This document shows positions 32,609 to 42,919 of a stretch of DNA of 64,000 nucleotides, one piece after another (position 1 is the first letter of the stretch; the number at the start of each line of letters is the position of its first letter). The position numbers and the translations under genes were made by a program. The notes under the pieces were generated by a model. That model was not told where the DNA came from. It did no database searches and saw nothing but the letters and a program-made list of their open reading frames with translations. This DNA is from an uncultured delta proteobacterium. Its GTDB lineage: Bacteria; Desulfobacterota; Desulfobacteria; Desulfobacterales; QNYZ01. The stretch spans positions 928,001-992,000 of the forward strand of contig CAWJQU010000005.1 in assembly GCA_963845145.1 (NCBI GenBank), in the 5' to 3' direction.

Positions 32609-33826
32609 ATGGCGACCATTGTATTAAATAGCGGCACGTTCTGCCGGGAAAACGATGTCCTCGAAGAATTGCTGGCGACGACTGAGCTCAGCGTTGTCGG
32701 CCCGGACGAGGTTGTGGCGGCCGCAGCGCAGCTGGCCGGAATGACCGAAAACAAAATTAAAAAAGCGTTTTCGGCCAAAACATCGCTTTTCAACAAATTT
32801 TCCATGGAAAAAGAGAGGGCCATTGCCTTCTTGAAACTGGCCCTTTCAGAAATGCTTGCCGAAAGGCCCTTGTTGGTAAAAGGTTCCGTCGGTTTGCTGA
32901 TACCAAGGGCGGTGGTCCACGTGTTACGGGTTTGTCTGATCGCCGAGCTGCCCTACCGTACGCAAATTGCCGCCAATCAGGGCCTCCCGGAAAAAGAAGC
33001 GGCCAAACAGATTCGACGCGATGATAATGATAGTGCCGCCTGGACCGATAACCTGTTTGAAATTACCGATCCGTGGGACGCGTCCTTGTTTGATGTGGTG
33101 ATTCCCATGGATAAACGTACCCCTGCCGAAGCGGCGGACATGATTATTCAAAATGCCGCCAACCCCGTTCTTCAACCCACGCCGGAATCAGAACAGGCCC
33201 TGGGTGATTTTCACCTGGCGGCCCGGGTAGAAACGACGATGTTTGCCGAAGGTCATCACGTGGCCGTATCGGCTGAAAAGGGCACCGTCACCCTGGTGAT
33301 TAACCGCCACGTCCTGATGCTCAAACGATTGGAAGAAGAATTAAAGACCATTGCCGAAAAAATAGATGGTGTCCAAAAGGTGGTCACAGAGGTGGGAACG
33401 GGCTTTCATAAGTCACATATTTATCGTAAACATGACTTTAAAGCACCCTCGAAGGTATTGCTGGTGGATGATGAGCGCGAATTTGCCGAAACCCTGTCCG
33501 AGCGGTTGATGATTCGGGATGTGGGAACGGCAGTGGTTCACGATGGCCAGGCAGCTCTCTCCGTGGTGGAGAACGATGATCCCGAGGTGATCATCATAGA
33601 CCTAAAAATGCCGGACATCGACGGGATGGACATTTTAAAAAAAGTGAAACAGTCGCGGCCTGAAATTGAAGTGATTGTGTTGACCGGGCACGGATCCGAT
33701 GCGGACAGAGATATTTGCCTTGGGTTGGGCGCTTTTGCCTATATGCAAAAGCCAGTGGAAATTGAGACCTTAAATAAAATAATTCTGGAAGCCAACGAAA
33801 AGGTTCGGGATAAAAAAAAGGAATAG
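32609..33826 (+). CDS. Response regulator with N-terminal cytidylate-kinase-like domain
   Basis: C-terminal REC (LLVDDE, DLKMP, LTGHG, KP). The N-terminus has a CMK-like pattern (HVLRVCLIA...R, DPWD...FD). Confidence 0.85.
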   Translation: MATIVLNSGTFCRENDVLEELLATTELSVVGPDEVVAAAAQLAGMTENKIKKAFSAKTSLFNKFSMEKERAIAFLKLALSEMLAERPLLVKGSVGLLIPRAVVHVLRVCLIAELPYRTQIAANQGLPEKEAAKQIRRDDNDSAAWTDNLFEITDPWDASLFDVVIPMDKRTPAEAADMIIQNAANPVLQPTPESEQALGDFHLAARVETTMFAEGHHVAVSAEKGTVTLVINRHVLMLKRLEEELKTIAEKIDGVQKVVTEVGTGFHKSHIYRKHDFKAPSKVLLVDDEREFAETLSERLMIRDVGTAVVHDGQAALSVVENDDPEVIIIDLKMPDIDGMDILKKVKQSRPEIEVIVLTGHGSDADRDICLGLGAFAYMQKPVEIETLNKIILEANEKVRDKKKE

Positions 33827-33856
33827 CGGTACCGTTCTATTAACCAACTTAAAAAA

Positions 33857-35716
33857 TTGGCGGGAAATAAAAAAAGCAACACCGACATGTCCATGATTGA
33901 CAAACTCAGGCCCACTTTCTGGAACTATGAGGATGTGGCTGCCGGTTCCCATTCGGATCTTTACAGTTTTCGGCGCAAGTGGTGGCGCATGGTTATATTA
34001 ACGGCCATCGTCGCATTGACGCCGCTAATCCTGTTAAGCGTGTTTGAATATCGTATGACTAAAAAGGATATGAAGGCCGAGGCCGTTTCTCACGCCAATC
34101 AAATGGTTACCAGTATGTGGCACTCGGTCTCGTTTTTTTTAAGCGAGCATCGATCCGCGATGGCGTTTGTTCTTAACGATAATACCCAACAGGCGCTGCT
34201 CGATTCCGATCGGCTTGACGCGATTTTAAACAACCTGAATGTCGGTCTCGGTGGTTTCGTAGACTTGTCTGTGGTTTCCTCCCAAGGCCGTCTGTTACGC
34301 CACGCCGGACCGCAGTCGCCCGAGCGAGAGGACTTTTGCGAAGACATCTGTTTTAAAAAAGTGGTTGAGCGGGGATTTTATATCAGCGACCTCGTGTCGA
34401 ATCGCCTGCCGGAGCAGTATTTGGCCATGGCCATTCGAAAAGACATGTCGAGTGGGGATTTTTTTGTTTTGCGAGCCACATTGGACATCAAGCCGATAGC
34501 CGACCTGATGGCCAAACCGGTCCAGGGGCCGAAGGGGGATGCCTTTATTGTAAATGCCGCCGGAGCGCTTCAAACCCCTTCTATGTTTTACGGTGCACCG
34601 TATAAAAAGATACCGTTGGCCATTTCCGACACATTAACCCAACCCCGTGTGTTCGAAACCACCGACCATGAAGGTGCGCGACTGTTCGTAGGGGTTGCCC
34701 CCATTGCCGACACCTCCCTGATTGTGGTGGTGGTCCACAATGAGCATGCACTTATGGGGCGGTGGCGCCAATCAAGAATTAACCTATTTATATTTTTAGG
34801 GGTCAGCGTGGCCGCCATTTTATTAATGGTTTTGGGGATGGCGACCTATCTCGTTAATCGGATTCATGCGGCCGACCAGAAACGGATCACGGAACTGCAC
34901 AAGGTAGAATATGCAAACAAAATGGTCTCCCTTGGCCGACTTTCCGCCGGTGTGGGGCATGAAATAAACAACCCCATTGCCATTGTTAACGAAAAGATCG
35001 GGCTCATTAAGGATCTGCTGCTTCAAATCGAAGCCAATCCATTTGAACAAAAAATGGTTACCCTGGCCGATGATATTATCCAATCGATTCGCCGGTGTGG
35101 AGATATTACCAACCGGCTGATTAATTTCGGTCGGTACCAGGAACTACGACTCGAACCCCTGGACCTCAAAAACATCCTCCATGATTTACTGGCTTTCATG
35201 GAAAAAGAGGCAGAATCCCAGTGTATTGTTGTCTCGATTGATGTGCCGGAAAACCTGCCCATGGTTAAAAGCGATAAAAACTGTCTCCAGCAGATTTTTT
35301 TAAACATCATCAATAATGCCTTTGCCGCTATGGAGGAGGGGGGGCGGCTGGATATTAAGGTTACGATCGAACCAGACCAGCGATTGGTGATCTCTTTTGT
35401 TGATACCGGCCGGGGAATTTCTCCTGAGGATTTAAAAAAGGTTTTTGAGCCGTTTTTCTCCTCCAAAAGCAGTGCTACAGGGACCGGACTCGGGCTTTCG
35501 GTAACCTATGGGTTGGTAGCCCAAATTGGTGGTACGATTCGTGTTGAAAGCGAGACCGATAAAGGTGCGCGTTTCATTGTGGCGTTACCGGTTAACGCCA
35601 CGGTTGAGGCATCCAATGACGATTGTCGTTACTACCCGCCCGATGAATCCACCTTAGGTGAATCGCCACCAAATGAATCGTCAAGGGTTTCTATAAAAGA
35701 ACAAGGGAGCGCTTAG
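33857..35716 (+). CDS. Membrane sensor histidine kinase (Cache-like periplasmic domain)
   Basis: Two TM segments, GVGHEINNP, QIFLNIINNA, DTGRGI, FEPFFS, GTGLGL. Confidence 0.93.
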   Translation: MAGNKKSNTDMSMIDKLRPTFWNYEDVAAGSHSDLYSFRRKWWRMVILTAIVALTPLILLSVFEYRMTKKDMKAEAVSHANQMVTSMWHSVSFFLSEHRSAMAFVLNDNTQQALLDSDRLDAILNNLNVGLGGFVDLSVVSSQGRLLRHAGPQSPEREDFCEDICFKKVVERGFYISDLVSNRLPEQYLAMAIRKDMSSGDFFVLRATLDIKPIADLMAKPVQGPKGDAFIVNAAGALQTPSMFYGAPYKKIPLAISDTLTQPRVFETTDHEGARLFVGVAPIADTSLIVVVVHNEHALMGRWRQSRINLFIFLGVSVAAILLMVLGMATYLVNRIHAADQKRITELHKVEYANKMVSLGRLSAGVGHEINNPIAIVNEKIGLIKDLLLQIEANPFEQKMVTLADDIIQSIRRCGDITNRLINFGRYQELRLEPLDLKNILHDLLAFMEKEAESQCIVVSIDVPENLPMVKSDKNCLQQIFLNIINNAFAAMEEGGRLDIKVTIEPDQRLVISFVDTGRGISPEDLKKVFEPFFSSKSSATGTGLGLSVTYGLVAQIGGTIRVESETDKGARFIVALPVNATVEASNDDCRYYPPDESTLGESPPNESSRVSIKEQGSA

Positions 35717-36379
35717 ATGGGTCGCACGGGTCCGGATAATCAAAAAGAAGGCATTCATTTTTTAGGTGAATTGACAGCTTTGCTGTCCCACGACCTAAAA
35801 AATGTCCTGGCGATTATCAACGAAAATGCCGGGCTGCTGGAAGACCTGGTTTTTATGGCCGCCGATCAACATCCCGTTGATCCGGAAAGAGTGGCCGTGG
35901 TGGCCGGTAAAATTCGGCAACAAGTGCGACGGGCGGACGTCATGATCAAACGCTTAAATCAGGTGGGACATAGTGTTGATCGGCCCTTGGCCTCGGTAAA
36001 TCTGGCGGATATCGTGGAAAACATGTGTGCGCTGGCCGACCGCAAAGCGGCCATGAAGGCGGTGACCATAAAAGTCTTGCACCCACCGGATCCGATAACC
36101 GTGAAAACCGACCCGTTTTCCCTTCAGCAGTTCTTCTGGCAATGCCTGGATGAGGCCATCGGTAGGGCAAAGACTTCGAAAAAACTGGAAGTAAATGTGT
36201 CGGCTTCGCCCGCGGGCGCAGACATTGTTTTTGGCCCCATGCAGGACATTCAAGATATGGTGAAAATAGGCGGGGTCGCCGGGTCCGCCCATTTTATAGG
36301 GAAGTTGAGAGCCGAGCTTATTCCGGACCGTGATAAGGGCCTTCTGACGGTTCGATTACCCTTCGACGTGGCGGCGTGA
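35717..36379 (+). CDS. Histidine-kinase-like protein with a degenerate ATPase domain
   Basis: H-box SHDLKNVLAII is present; no recognisable N/G1/G2 boxes. Confidence 0.75.
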   Translation: MGRTGPDNQKEGIHFLGELTALLSHDLKNVLAIINENAGLLEDLVFMAADQHPVDPERVAVVAGKIRQQVRRADVMIKRLNQVGHSVDRPLASVNLADIVENMCALADRKAAMKAVTIKVLHPPDPITVKTDPFSLQQFFWQCLDEAIGRAKTSKKLEVNVSASPAGADIVFGPMQDIQDMVKIGGVAGSAHFIGKLRAELIPDRDKGLLTVRLPFDVAA

Positions 36380-36400
36380 TTGCCGAAAAAAGAGAACACG

Positions 36401-36769
36401 ATGTCGAAAAACATACTCATAGTGGACGATGACGAAGATCTGGTTGAAATTATGACCGAGCGGTTAAAAATGCGCGGCATGACGGTAACACCCGCCAGCA
36501 CCGCCGCCGAGGCATTGGTGCTGATCGAAGAGGAAACCTTCGATGTTATGATTATTGACTTTATGTTGCCGGGAACCGATGGGTTGCAGGCCATTAAACT
36601 GATCCGGGACAAGCAACCCCGTCTTAGGATTATACTTCAAACCGCATATGCCACGGTTGAAAAGGAAAAAGAAGCGCTGGCCATAGGGGCCTGGGGCGTT
36701 ATTGAAAAGCCGGCGGATCTTGACCGGTTAACCCGTCTAATTAATGCAAAAAATGATCATTCCAATTGA
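36401..36769 (+). CDS. Single-domain response regulator
   Basis: ILIVDDD, DFMLPG, TAY, EKP. Confidence 0.92.
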   Translation: MSKNILIVDDDEDLVEIMTERLKMRGMTVTPASTAAEALVLIEEETFDVMIIDFMLPGTDGLQAIKLIRDKQPRLRIILQTAYATVEKEKEALAIGAWGVIEKPADLDRLTRLINAKNDHSN

Positions 36770-36823
36770 TGGCCTGCAATGCCATAACGCCCCAATAAAT
36801 ATAAGACCTCACCGAAATGGGGC

Positions 36824-37507
36824 TTAACGCGTTTTTGTTACCCCGACTTGAGGACACATATGATCCACCGGGCACCGGCTGCACCAGGGCGATATCGGCC
36901 GGCAAAGTACCTGGCCGAAGGCGACCAACAGTTCATTGTATATAACCCAATGCTTCCGGGGTAGTTTTTTGCGCAGGGCAAATTCGGTCTGTTCCGGGGT
37001 TTTGGTCTTAACATATCCGATGCGGTTGCTGATGCGGTGGACATGGGTGTCCACGCAAATTGCTTCCTGGCCGAACCCTTCCACAAGAACCAGGTTGGCG
37101 GTTTTACGACCGACGCCGGGAAGTTCGAGCAGCGCCTCAATGGTATCAGGAACCCGGCCGTTATACTTATCTAAGAGAATTCGGCTGATACGCCGCAATT
37201 GTTTGGCTTTAGTCGGGTAGAAACCCACTGGATAGATGAGCTTTTCAATGGTTTTCTCATCCAACACCAGAAGATCGGCCGGAGTGTTCGCTTTGGATAA
37301 AATTCGCTTGGCGGCCACCGCAGTAACCTCATCTTTGGTACGCAAAGAGAGGATGGTCGCTACGAGAACTTCGAATGGGCTGCCGCCGTGGCTGGCGATC
37401 AACGTAATCACCGGCGCATCCCAGTCGCGATACTGTTTTTTCAGCGTACCCACGAAGCGGTCGATATTAAAGGGTGCCGGCTTGGGGTTCGGGGTTGTTT
37501 TTGACAT
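36824..37507 (-). CDS. nth: Endonuclease III
   Basis: LPGVGRKTAN HhH, VDTHV, C-x6-C-x2-C-x5-C. Confidence 0.93.
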   Translation of the reverse strand: MSKTTPNPKPAPFNIDRFVGTLKKQYRDWDAPVITLIASHGGSPFEVLVATILSLRTKDEVTAVAAKRILSKANTPADLLVLDEKTIEKLIYPVGFYPTKAKQLRRISRILLDKYNGRVPDTIEALLELPGVGRKTANLVLVEGFGQEAICVDTHVHRISNRIGYVKTKTPEQTEFALRKKLPRKHWVIYNELLVAFGQVLCRPISPWCSRCPVDHMCPQVGVTKTR

Positions 37508-37641
37508 GGTGTCTTTCCGGAAGTAGCCGCTGGTGGTTTTCGCCAAAGAGTGCCACCGTGATATTAGAACAGGGTATTAGAACAAGGTGTCGTTGAAGTC
37601 AATCTTACACAATTCATCCAAGGTGCCACACTGATAAGCCA

Positions 37642-39210
37642 ATGAAAAACCCTGCCAATTCCAACACCGATTTATCGGAATCCTTGTCCCTCAAACTGGC
37701 TCAAGCCGAACTATCGTATCAGCGGCAAAGTGAGCATCTATCCGCACTCCACCAAACCGCGGTGGCATTGATCGACCGTCTGGATCGAAAAGAGCTGTTG
37801 CAAACCATACTGGAGCGGGTCACCACGCTGGTCGGTACGGATCATGGGTATGTTTTTTTAGTCAGTGCTGATCGGGAATTTATGGAAATTCGTGTGGGAA
37901 AGGGATTTTTTACCAGTCAACTCGGTTTAAGGGTCGTCCGGGGCGAAGGATTGGGCGGTATGGTCTGGGTTTCCCGCAAGCCGGTGCTGCTGGATGATTA
38001 CCGTTCCTGGCCCCATCGGTTGCCGGAAAAAGCGTTGGACGGATTGCGCAGTACCATCGGTATTCCGCTGATCTCCGACGAGGGGGTTCAGGGGGTTATT
38101 GGTGTGGCCCATACCGATGCCCGCAAACGCTTTGAGACAGACGATGTTGCCATGCTTGAACGGTTTGCGGCCCTGGCCCTCATCGCTTTGGAAAAGGCGC
38201 GCTTGTACGCCACGGTTCGCGCCGAACTGGCTGAACGGATGCGGGCCGAAGAGCGCATTCGAAGAAGTGAACAGCGCTATCGCGGGTTGTTGGAAGCATC
38301 GCCGGATCCGGTGGTTGTCTATGATATGCATGGCAATGCGACTTATGTGAACCCGGCTTTTGAGCAGGTTTTCGGTTTTTCAAGAGAAGAAAGTATCGGT
38401 AAAAAAATCGATTTTGTCCCCGAAGAAAATTGGCCCGAGACGCAGGTCGCGATTAAAGAAATGCTCAGCGGTCAAAAGATCAACCTTTTTGAAACCCGGC
38501 GCCGAACACGAAATAATCGGCTGCTGGACGTGCAGTTAAGCTCCACGTTGTACCTCGACCACAACGGCAACCCGGCCGGCAACATTGTGATATTGCGGGA
38601 TATTACCGACCAAAAGCGGGCCGAAAAAGAGTTGAAGAAATATCGGGATCAGCTGGAAGACCGGGTTCATGAGAGAACGGTTGAGTTGGAGGTGACCAAT
38701 CTCCACATCGGCAAAGAGATCGAAGTGCGCAAGCGAACGGAAGTGGCCCTGCGAAAGCGTGAAAAAGAACTAAAGGCGCAGTCGGATCACCTGGAAAATG
38801 TGAATATTGCCCTAAAAGTTCTTTTGAAACAACGTGAAGCGGACAAACATGAGATGGAAGAAAAAGTGGTGTCCAACATCAAGGAGCTGGTGAATCCGTA
38901 TATGGAGCAGCTTAAATCCGGCCGGCTCTCTGCGCGCCAGAAAACCCTGGTGGATGTGCTGGAAACCAATTTAAATAACATTACGTCACCGTTTTATGCC
39001 ACGCTTTCGGCGCAATTTAAGCGGTTTACACCTACAGAGGTGCGTATCGCCAATCTGGTCCGGGAGGGAAAAACCAACAAAGAGATGGCGGCCTTGCTCT
39101 CCATATCCAAAAATACGGTGATGTTTCATCGGTACAATATTCGACGCAAGCTGGGGATAAAAAACAAGGGCGTCAATTTGCGGACTTACTTGTCGGCTAT
39201 TGGAAAGTAG
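37642..39210 (+). CDS. GAF-PAS-LuxR transcriptional regulator
   Basis: GAF (GEGLGG, IGIPL), PAS (YVNPAFE...G), FTPTEVRIA...GKTNKEMA...TVMFHR. Confidence 0.9.
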   Translation: MKNPANSNTDLSESLSLKLAQAELSYQRQSEHLSALHQTAVALIDRLDRKELLQTILERVTTLVGTDHGYVFLVSADREFMEIRVGKGFFTSQLGLRVVRGEGLGGMVWVSRKPVLLDDYRSWPHRLPEKALDGLRSTIGIPLISDEGVQGVIGVAHTDARKRFETDDVAMLERFAALALIALEKARLYATVRAELAERMRAEERIRRSEQRYRGLLEASPDPVVVYDMHGNATYVNPAFEQVFGFSREESIGKKIDFVPEENWPETQVAIKEMLSGQKINLFETRRRTRNNRLLDVQLSSTLYLDHNGNPAGNIVILRDITDQKRAEKELKKYRDQLEDRVHERTVELEVTNLHIGKEIEVRKRTEVALRKREKELKAQSDHLENVNIALKVLLKQREADKHEMEEKVVSNIKELVNPYMEQLKSGRLSARQKTLVDVLETNLNNITSPFYATLSAQFKRFTPTEVRIANLVREGKTNKEMAALLSISKNTVMFHRYNIRRKLGIKNKGVNLRTYLSAIGK

Positions 39211-39226
39211 TGGTTTTTGACCACTA
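39208..39226. promoter_or_regulatory. Palindromic candidate operator upstream of the ABC operon
   Basis: TAGTGGT-N5-ACCACTA, 21 bp before TTGACA (39248). Confidence 0.55.
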
Positions 39227-39332
39227 TTATGCCGCTATTTTATCTAATTGACATTTTGTCGGTGGTGTGGGAAAAACCGTGGATCGGAAGTAATCATCCC
39301 TTTTACCGTCAGAACCTCAGATAAGTAACCCT

Positions 39333-40094
39333 ATGAGCGATCTACGTATTTCTAATGTGACCCTATCCTTCGGAGGATTAAAGGCCCTTTCCCAAGTCAA
39401 CATGCTGGTCAAATCGGGGTTGATTACCTCGGTCATTGGGCCCAATGGCGCCGGAAAAACCAGCCTGCTCAACTGTATATCGGGATTTTACCACCCCTCT
39501 TCCGGAGATATCCATTTTGGTGACCATAACCTAAACAAAGCCTCCCCCCATCAGATATCCAGTCTGGGAATTGCCCGGGCGTTTCAAAATATCGAGTTGT
39601 TTTCAGGGATGACGGTGTTGGACAACCTGTTGTTGGCTCGCCATCAGAATTTAAATTACAATTTTTTTCAGGCCGTCATCTATTTTGGTAAAACATCCAA
39701 AGTGGAGGCCGAAAACCGGGCCTATGTGGAAGATGTTATCGACTTTATGGAGCTTGAGCCGTATCGAAAAAGTATGGTGGGCAGCCTGGCTTACGGCATT
39801 CAAAAACGGGTTGAAGTCGCCCGCGCTTTGACCCTGGGTCCGGAGCTGTTGCTTCTGGATGAGCCCATGGCGGGAATGAATGTCGAGGAAAAAGAGGATA
39901 TGGTGCGATTTATCATGGATATTTTAAAAGAACGCCATATTACCGTCATCCTGGTGGAACACGATCTGGGCGTGGTCATGGATATTTCCGATCAGGTTTT
40001 TGTGTTCGACTTTGGAGAGCTGATCGGGTCGGGTACGCCGGGAGAAGTCGCCACGAACCCCAAGGTTGTAGAGGCATACATCGGAGAAGACTAA
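39333..40094 (+). CDS. Liv-type ABC transporter ATPase (LivG-like)
   Basis: GPNGAGKT, ARAFQNIELF, LLDEP, VEHD. Confidence 0.93.
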   Translation: MSDLRISNVTLSFGGLKALSQVNMLVKSGLITSVIGPNGAGKTSLLNCISGFYHPSSGDIHFGDHNLNKASPHQISSLGIARAFQNIELFSGMTVLDNLLLARHQNLNYNFFQAVIYFGKTSKVEAENRAYVEDVIDFMELEPYRKSMVGSLAYGIQKRVEVARALTLGPELLLLDEPMAGMNVEEKEDMVRFIMDILKERHITVILVEHDLGVVMDISDQVFVFDFGELIGSGTPGEVATNPKVVEAYIGED

Positions 40095-40097
40095 CCA

Positions 40098-42026
40098 TTG
40101 GAGAATAAAGACCATTTAATCGACCTGACCATCCCTCAATTATTGCGTTGGCGGGTAAAAGCGTCACCGAATAAGGTCGCCCTGCGAGAAAAGGATTTCG
40201 GGTGTTGGAACAACATCACTTGGCAGGAGTATTATGATCTTGTTGCCAAAACGGCGCTGGGGCTGGAGAAAATCGGTCTAAAAAAGGAAGACAAACTTGC
40301 CCTGATTTGTGACAACATTCCCGAGATGTTGATTGTTTCAATAGGCACCCACGCGATCGGGGCCCTTTCCCTAGGTATATATCAATCCACCCTGCCGGAC
40401 GAAATTTCCCAGATACTTAATTCATTGGATGTCAGTGCCGTTTTTTGCGACGATCAGGAGCAGGTGGACAAACTGGTTGAAGTTCGCGACCGGGTGCCCG
40501 GGGTTAAAAAAGTAATATATGAAGACCCCCGGGGGATGCGCGGTTATCGCGACGATGACTGGTTTATGTTTATTGACGATCTGTATGCCCTTGGCGCGGC
40601 TGAATTAGAAAAAACCCCGGAGCGTTTTGAGGATATGGTAGATGCCGGCCAGCCGGATGATGCCTGCCACCTCTGCCTCACTTCCGGGACCACAGGGCTG
40701 CCCAAGGGAACCATTTTAAGCCATCGAAATTATGTTAATATGGGAATTCAACTCACCAAAGTCGATCCCCTTGAAGAGAGCGACGAGTATGTCTCTTTTC
40801 TCCCGTTTGCCTGGATCGGTGAACAGATGAATTCTTTCGGCGTTGCCATGGCCACCGGGATTACGATCAATTTTCCCGAATCTGTGGAAACCGCCATGTC
40901 GGATTTGAAAGAGATCGGGCCCCATTTCATGTTTGGGGCACCCCGAATATATGAGACCATTCGCTCCAACATCTGGCTTAAAATCGATGAATCGTATTGG
41001 CTGAACCGTCGTTTTTATGAATATTTCATCACGGTCGGCGAAAAAGCAGCCAAATATCGTATGGCCGGCCGAAAAATGCCCGTATGGCTGCGGTTTCAAG
41101 CCTGGCTGGGAAGTACGGTTGTTTTTTCCCCCTTGATTAATCAGATGGGGTTGTTGCGCTTGCGACGCGCTTATACCGGTGGTGCCGCCCTGGGGCCGGA
41201 TTTGTTTACCTTTTACCAAGCCTTGGGGGTGAACCTAAAACAGATTTATGGACAGACCGAAATTGTGGGCATCGCCTATATGCATCGGGATGGCGACGTG
41301 CGCCCGGACACGGTGGGTAAGCCCCTTCCGGAAACCGAGTGCAAGATCTCCGAGGAGGGTGAAATTCTGTCCCGCTCGCCTTCCGTGACACGAGGATATT
41401 ACCAACAGCCCGAAAAAACGGCGGAATTACTGGAAGGGGGATGGCTGCACTCCGGTGATGCCGGTTATATCGATGAAAACGGCCATCTGGTGGTAATCGA
41501 CCGTTTGGCGGACGTGATGCACAGCCGTAAGGGCGAGATGTTTAGTCCCCAGTTCCTTGAAAACAAACTGAAATTTAGCCCGTACATCAAAGAGGTGGTG
41601 ATATTCGGTAACCAGCAGGATTATATCGGCGCGCTGGTCAATATCGATCCGGTGGTGGTGGGAAAATGGGCCGAAGACAAAGGGGTTTCCTACACCACAT
41701 TTATGGATCTGTCCCAAAAGGCTGAAGTGGCCGAACTGGTTCACCAGCAGGTCACCAAGTACAATAAAAATGTAGAAATGGACCATTTTAGAATTCATCG
41801 GTTTGCCATTTTGTATAAAATGCTTGATGTGGATGACGGGGAATTAACCAAAACCGGTAAGCTGCGGCGGAAATTTTTATTGGAAAAATATCAACCGTTG
41901 TATGACGGGCTTTACGATGAAAGCGTGAGCGAAAAAGAAGTCGAGGCCTTTTTTCAATACCAGGACGGTCAAACCACTACCATGAAAACCAATTTGATGT
42001 TTTATACCATGGAAGAAGTGACATGA
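40098..42026 (+). CDS. Long-chain fatty-acid-CoA ligase-like AMP-binding protein
   Basis: TSGTTGLPKG, YGQTE, GWLHSGD, ELTKTGKLRR. Confidence 0.92.
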   Translation: MENKDHLIDLTIPQLLRWRVKASPNKVALREKDFGCWNNITWQEYYDLVAKTALGLEKIGLKKEDKLALICDNIPEMLIVSIGTHAIGALSLGIYQSTLPDEISQILNSLDVSAVFCDDQEQVDKLVEVRDRVPGVKKVIYEDPRGMRGYRDDDWFMFIDDLYALGAAELEKTPERFEDMVDAGQPDDACHLCLTSGTTGLPKGTILSHRNYVNMGIQLTKVDPLEESDEYVSFLPFAWIGEQMNSFGVAMATGITINFPESVETAMSDLKEIGPHFMFGAPRIYETIRSNIWLKIDESYWLNRRFYEYFITVGEKAAKYRMAGRKMPVWLRFQAWLGSTVVFSPLINQMGLLRLRRAYTGGAALGPDLFTFYQALGVNLKQIYGQTEIVGIAYMHRDGDVRPDTVGKPLPETECKISEEGEILSRSPSVTRGYYQQPEKTAELLEGGWLHSGDAGYIDENGHLVVIDRLADVMHSRKGEMFSPQFLENKLKFSPYIKEVVIFGNQQDYIGALVNIDPVVVGKWAEDKGVSYTTFMDLSQKAEVAELVHQQVTKYNKNVEMDHFRIHRFAILYKMLDVDDGELTKTGKLRRKFLLEKYQPLYDGLYDESVSEKEVEAFFQYQDGQTTTMKTNLMFYTMEEVT

Positions 42027-42916
42027 GTTATTTTTTACAGCTGGTCGTAAGTGGAATCGTAGTCGGATCGATTTATGCCCTGTCGGCGTTGGGGTTCGTA
42101 TTGATCTATAAATCCAGCCGCGTGCTCAATATTGCCCATGGACAGATCATTGCCTCCGGGGCGTTTATTACTTACGCACTGACGGTATTGGCGGGGATTC
42201 CCATTTACATTTCATTTGTATTGAGCCTGATCATCACTTTTTTCCTCGCCATGGGGGTTGAACGGGTCTTTTTACGCCGGTTAATCGGGGAACCGATTAT
42301 ATCGGTCATTATGGTTACTATCGGGTTGATGTCTATTCTCGACGGGCTGGTCTACCTGACGCCGTTCGGAACCGAGAACTTTTCTTTTCCTGAATTTTTA
42401 CCACAGCAGCCACTTACATTTTACGGGGTTTCCATCTCGATGACCCAATTGGTGGGCGTGATCATCACCGCTATCCTGATCGGGGGCTTTTCCTGGTTTT
42501 TTACCAAATCGACACTGGGAATCTCCATGCGGGCCGTATCCGACGACCAGCTGGCGTCCATGTCGGTGGGGATCTCGATTCCCAGAGTATTCGGGCTGGC
42601 CTGGGCCATGGCCGGCTTCAGCGCCGCTGCGGCAGGATCGATTATCGGCAATATTACCGGGTTGAATTTCGATACCCTGCATGCTTTTGGGATTGCCGTG
42701 TTCCCCGTGGTGATATTGGGCGGACTTGATTCCATTGTGGGGGCTGTGGTGGCCGGAATTATCATGGGGTTGATTCAGCAATTCGCCGGCGGGTACCTCG
42801 ATGGTAATTGGGGGCTGAACGGCACCGCCAACGTTTTGCCCTATATCATTTTATTAGTCATATTATTGTTTAAGCCGCACGGGTTGTTCGGCACACATGA
42901 AATTGAGCGAGTGTAA
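42023..42916 (+). CDS. Liv-type ABC permease (LivH-like)
   Basis: GSIYAL...GFVLIY, NIAHG, GISMRAVS, ILGGL. Confidence 0.92.
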   Translation: MSYFLQLVVSGIVVGSIYALSALGFVLIYKSSRVLNIAHGQIIASGAFITYALTVLAGIPIYISFVLSLIITFFLAMGVERVFLRRLIGEPIISVIMVTIGLMSILDGLVYLTPFGTENFSFPEFLPQQPLTFYGVSISMTQLVGVIITAILIGGFSWFFTKSTLGISMRAVSDDQLASMSVGISIPRVFGLAWAMAGFSAAAAGSIIGNITGLNFDTLHAFGIAVFPVVILGGLDSIVGAVVAGIIMGLIQQFAGGYLDGNWGLNGTANVLPYIILLVILLFKPHGLFGTHEIERV

Positions 42917-42919
42917 TCC

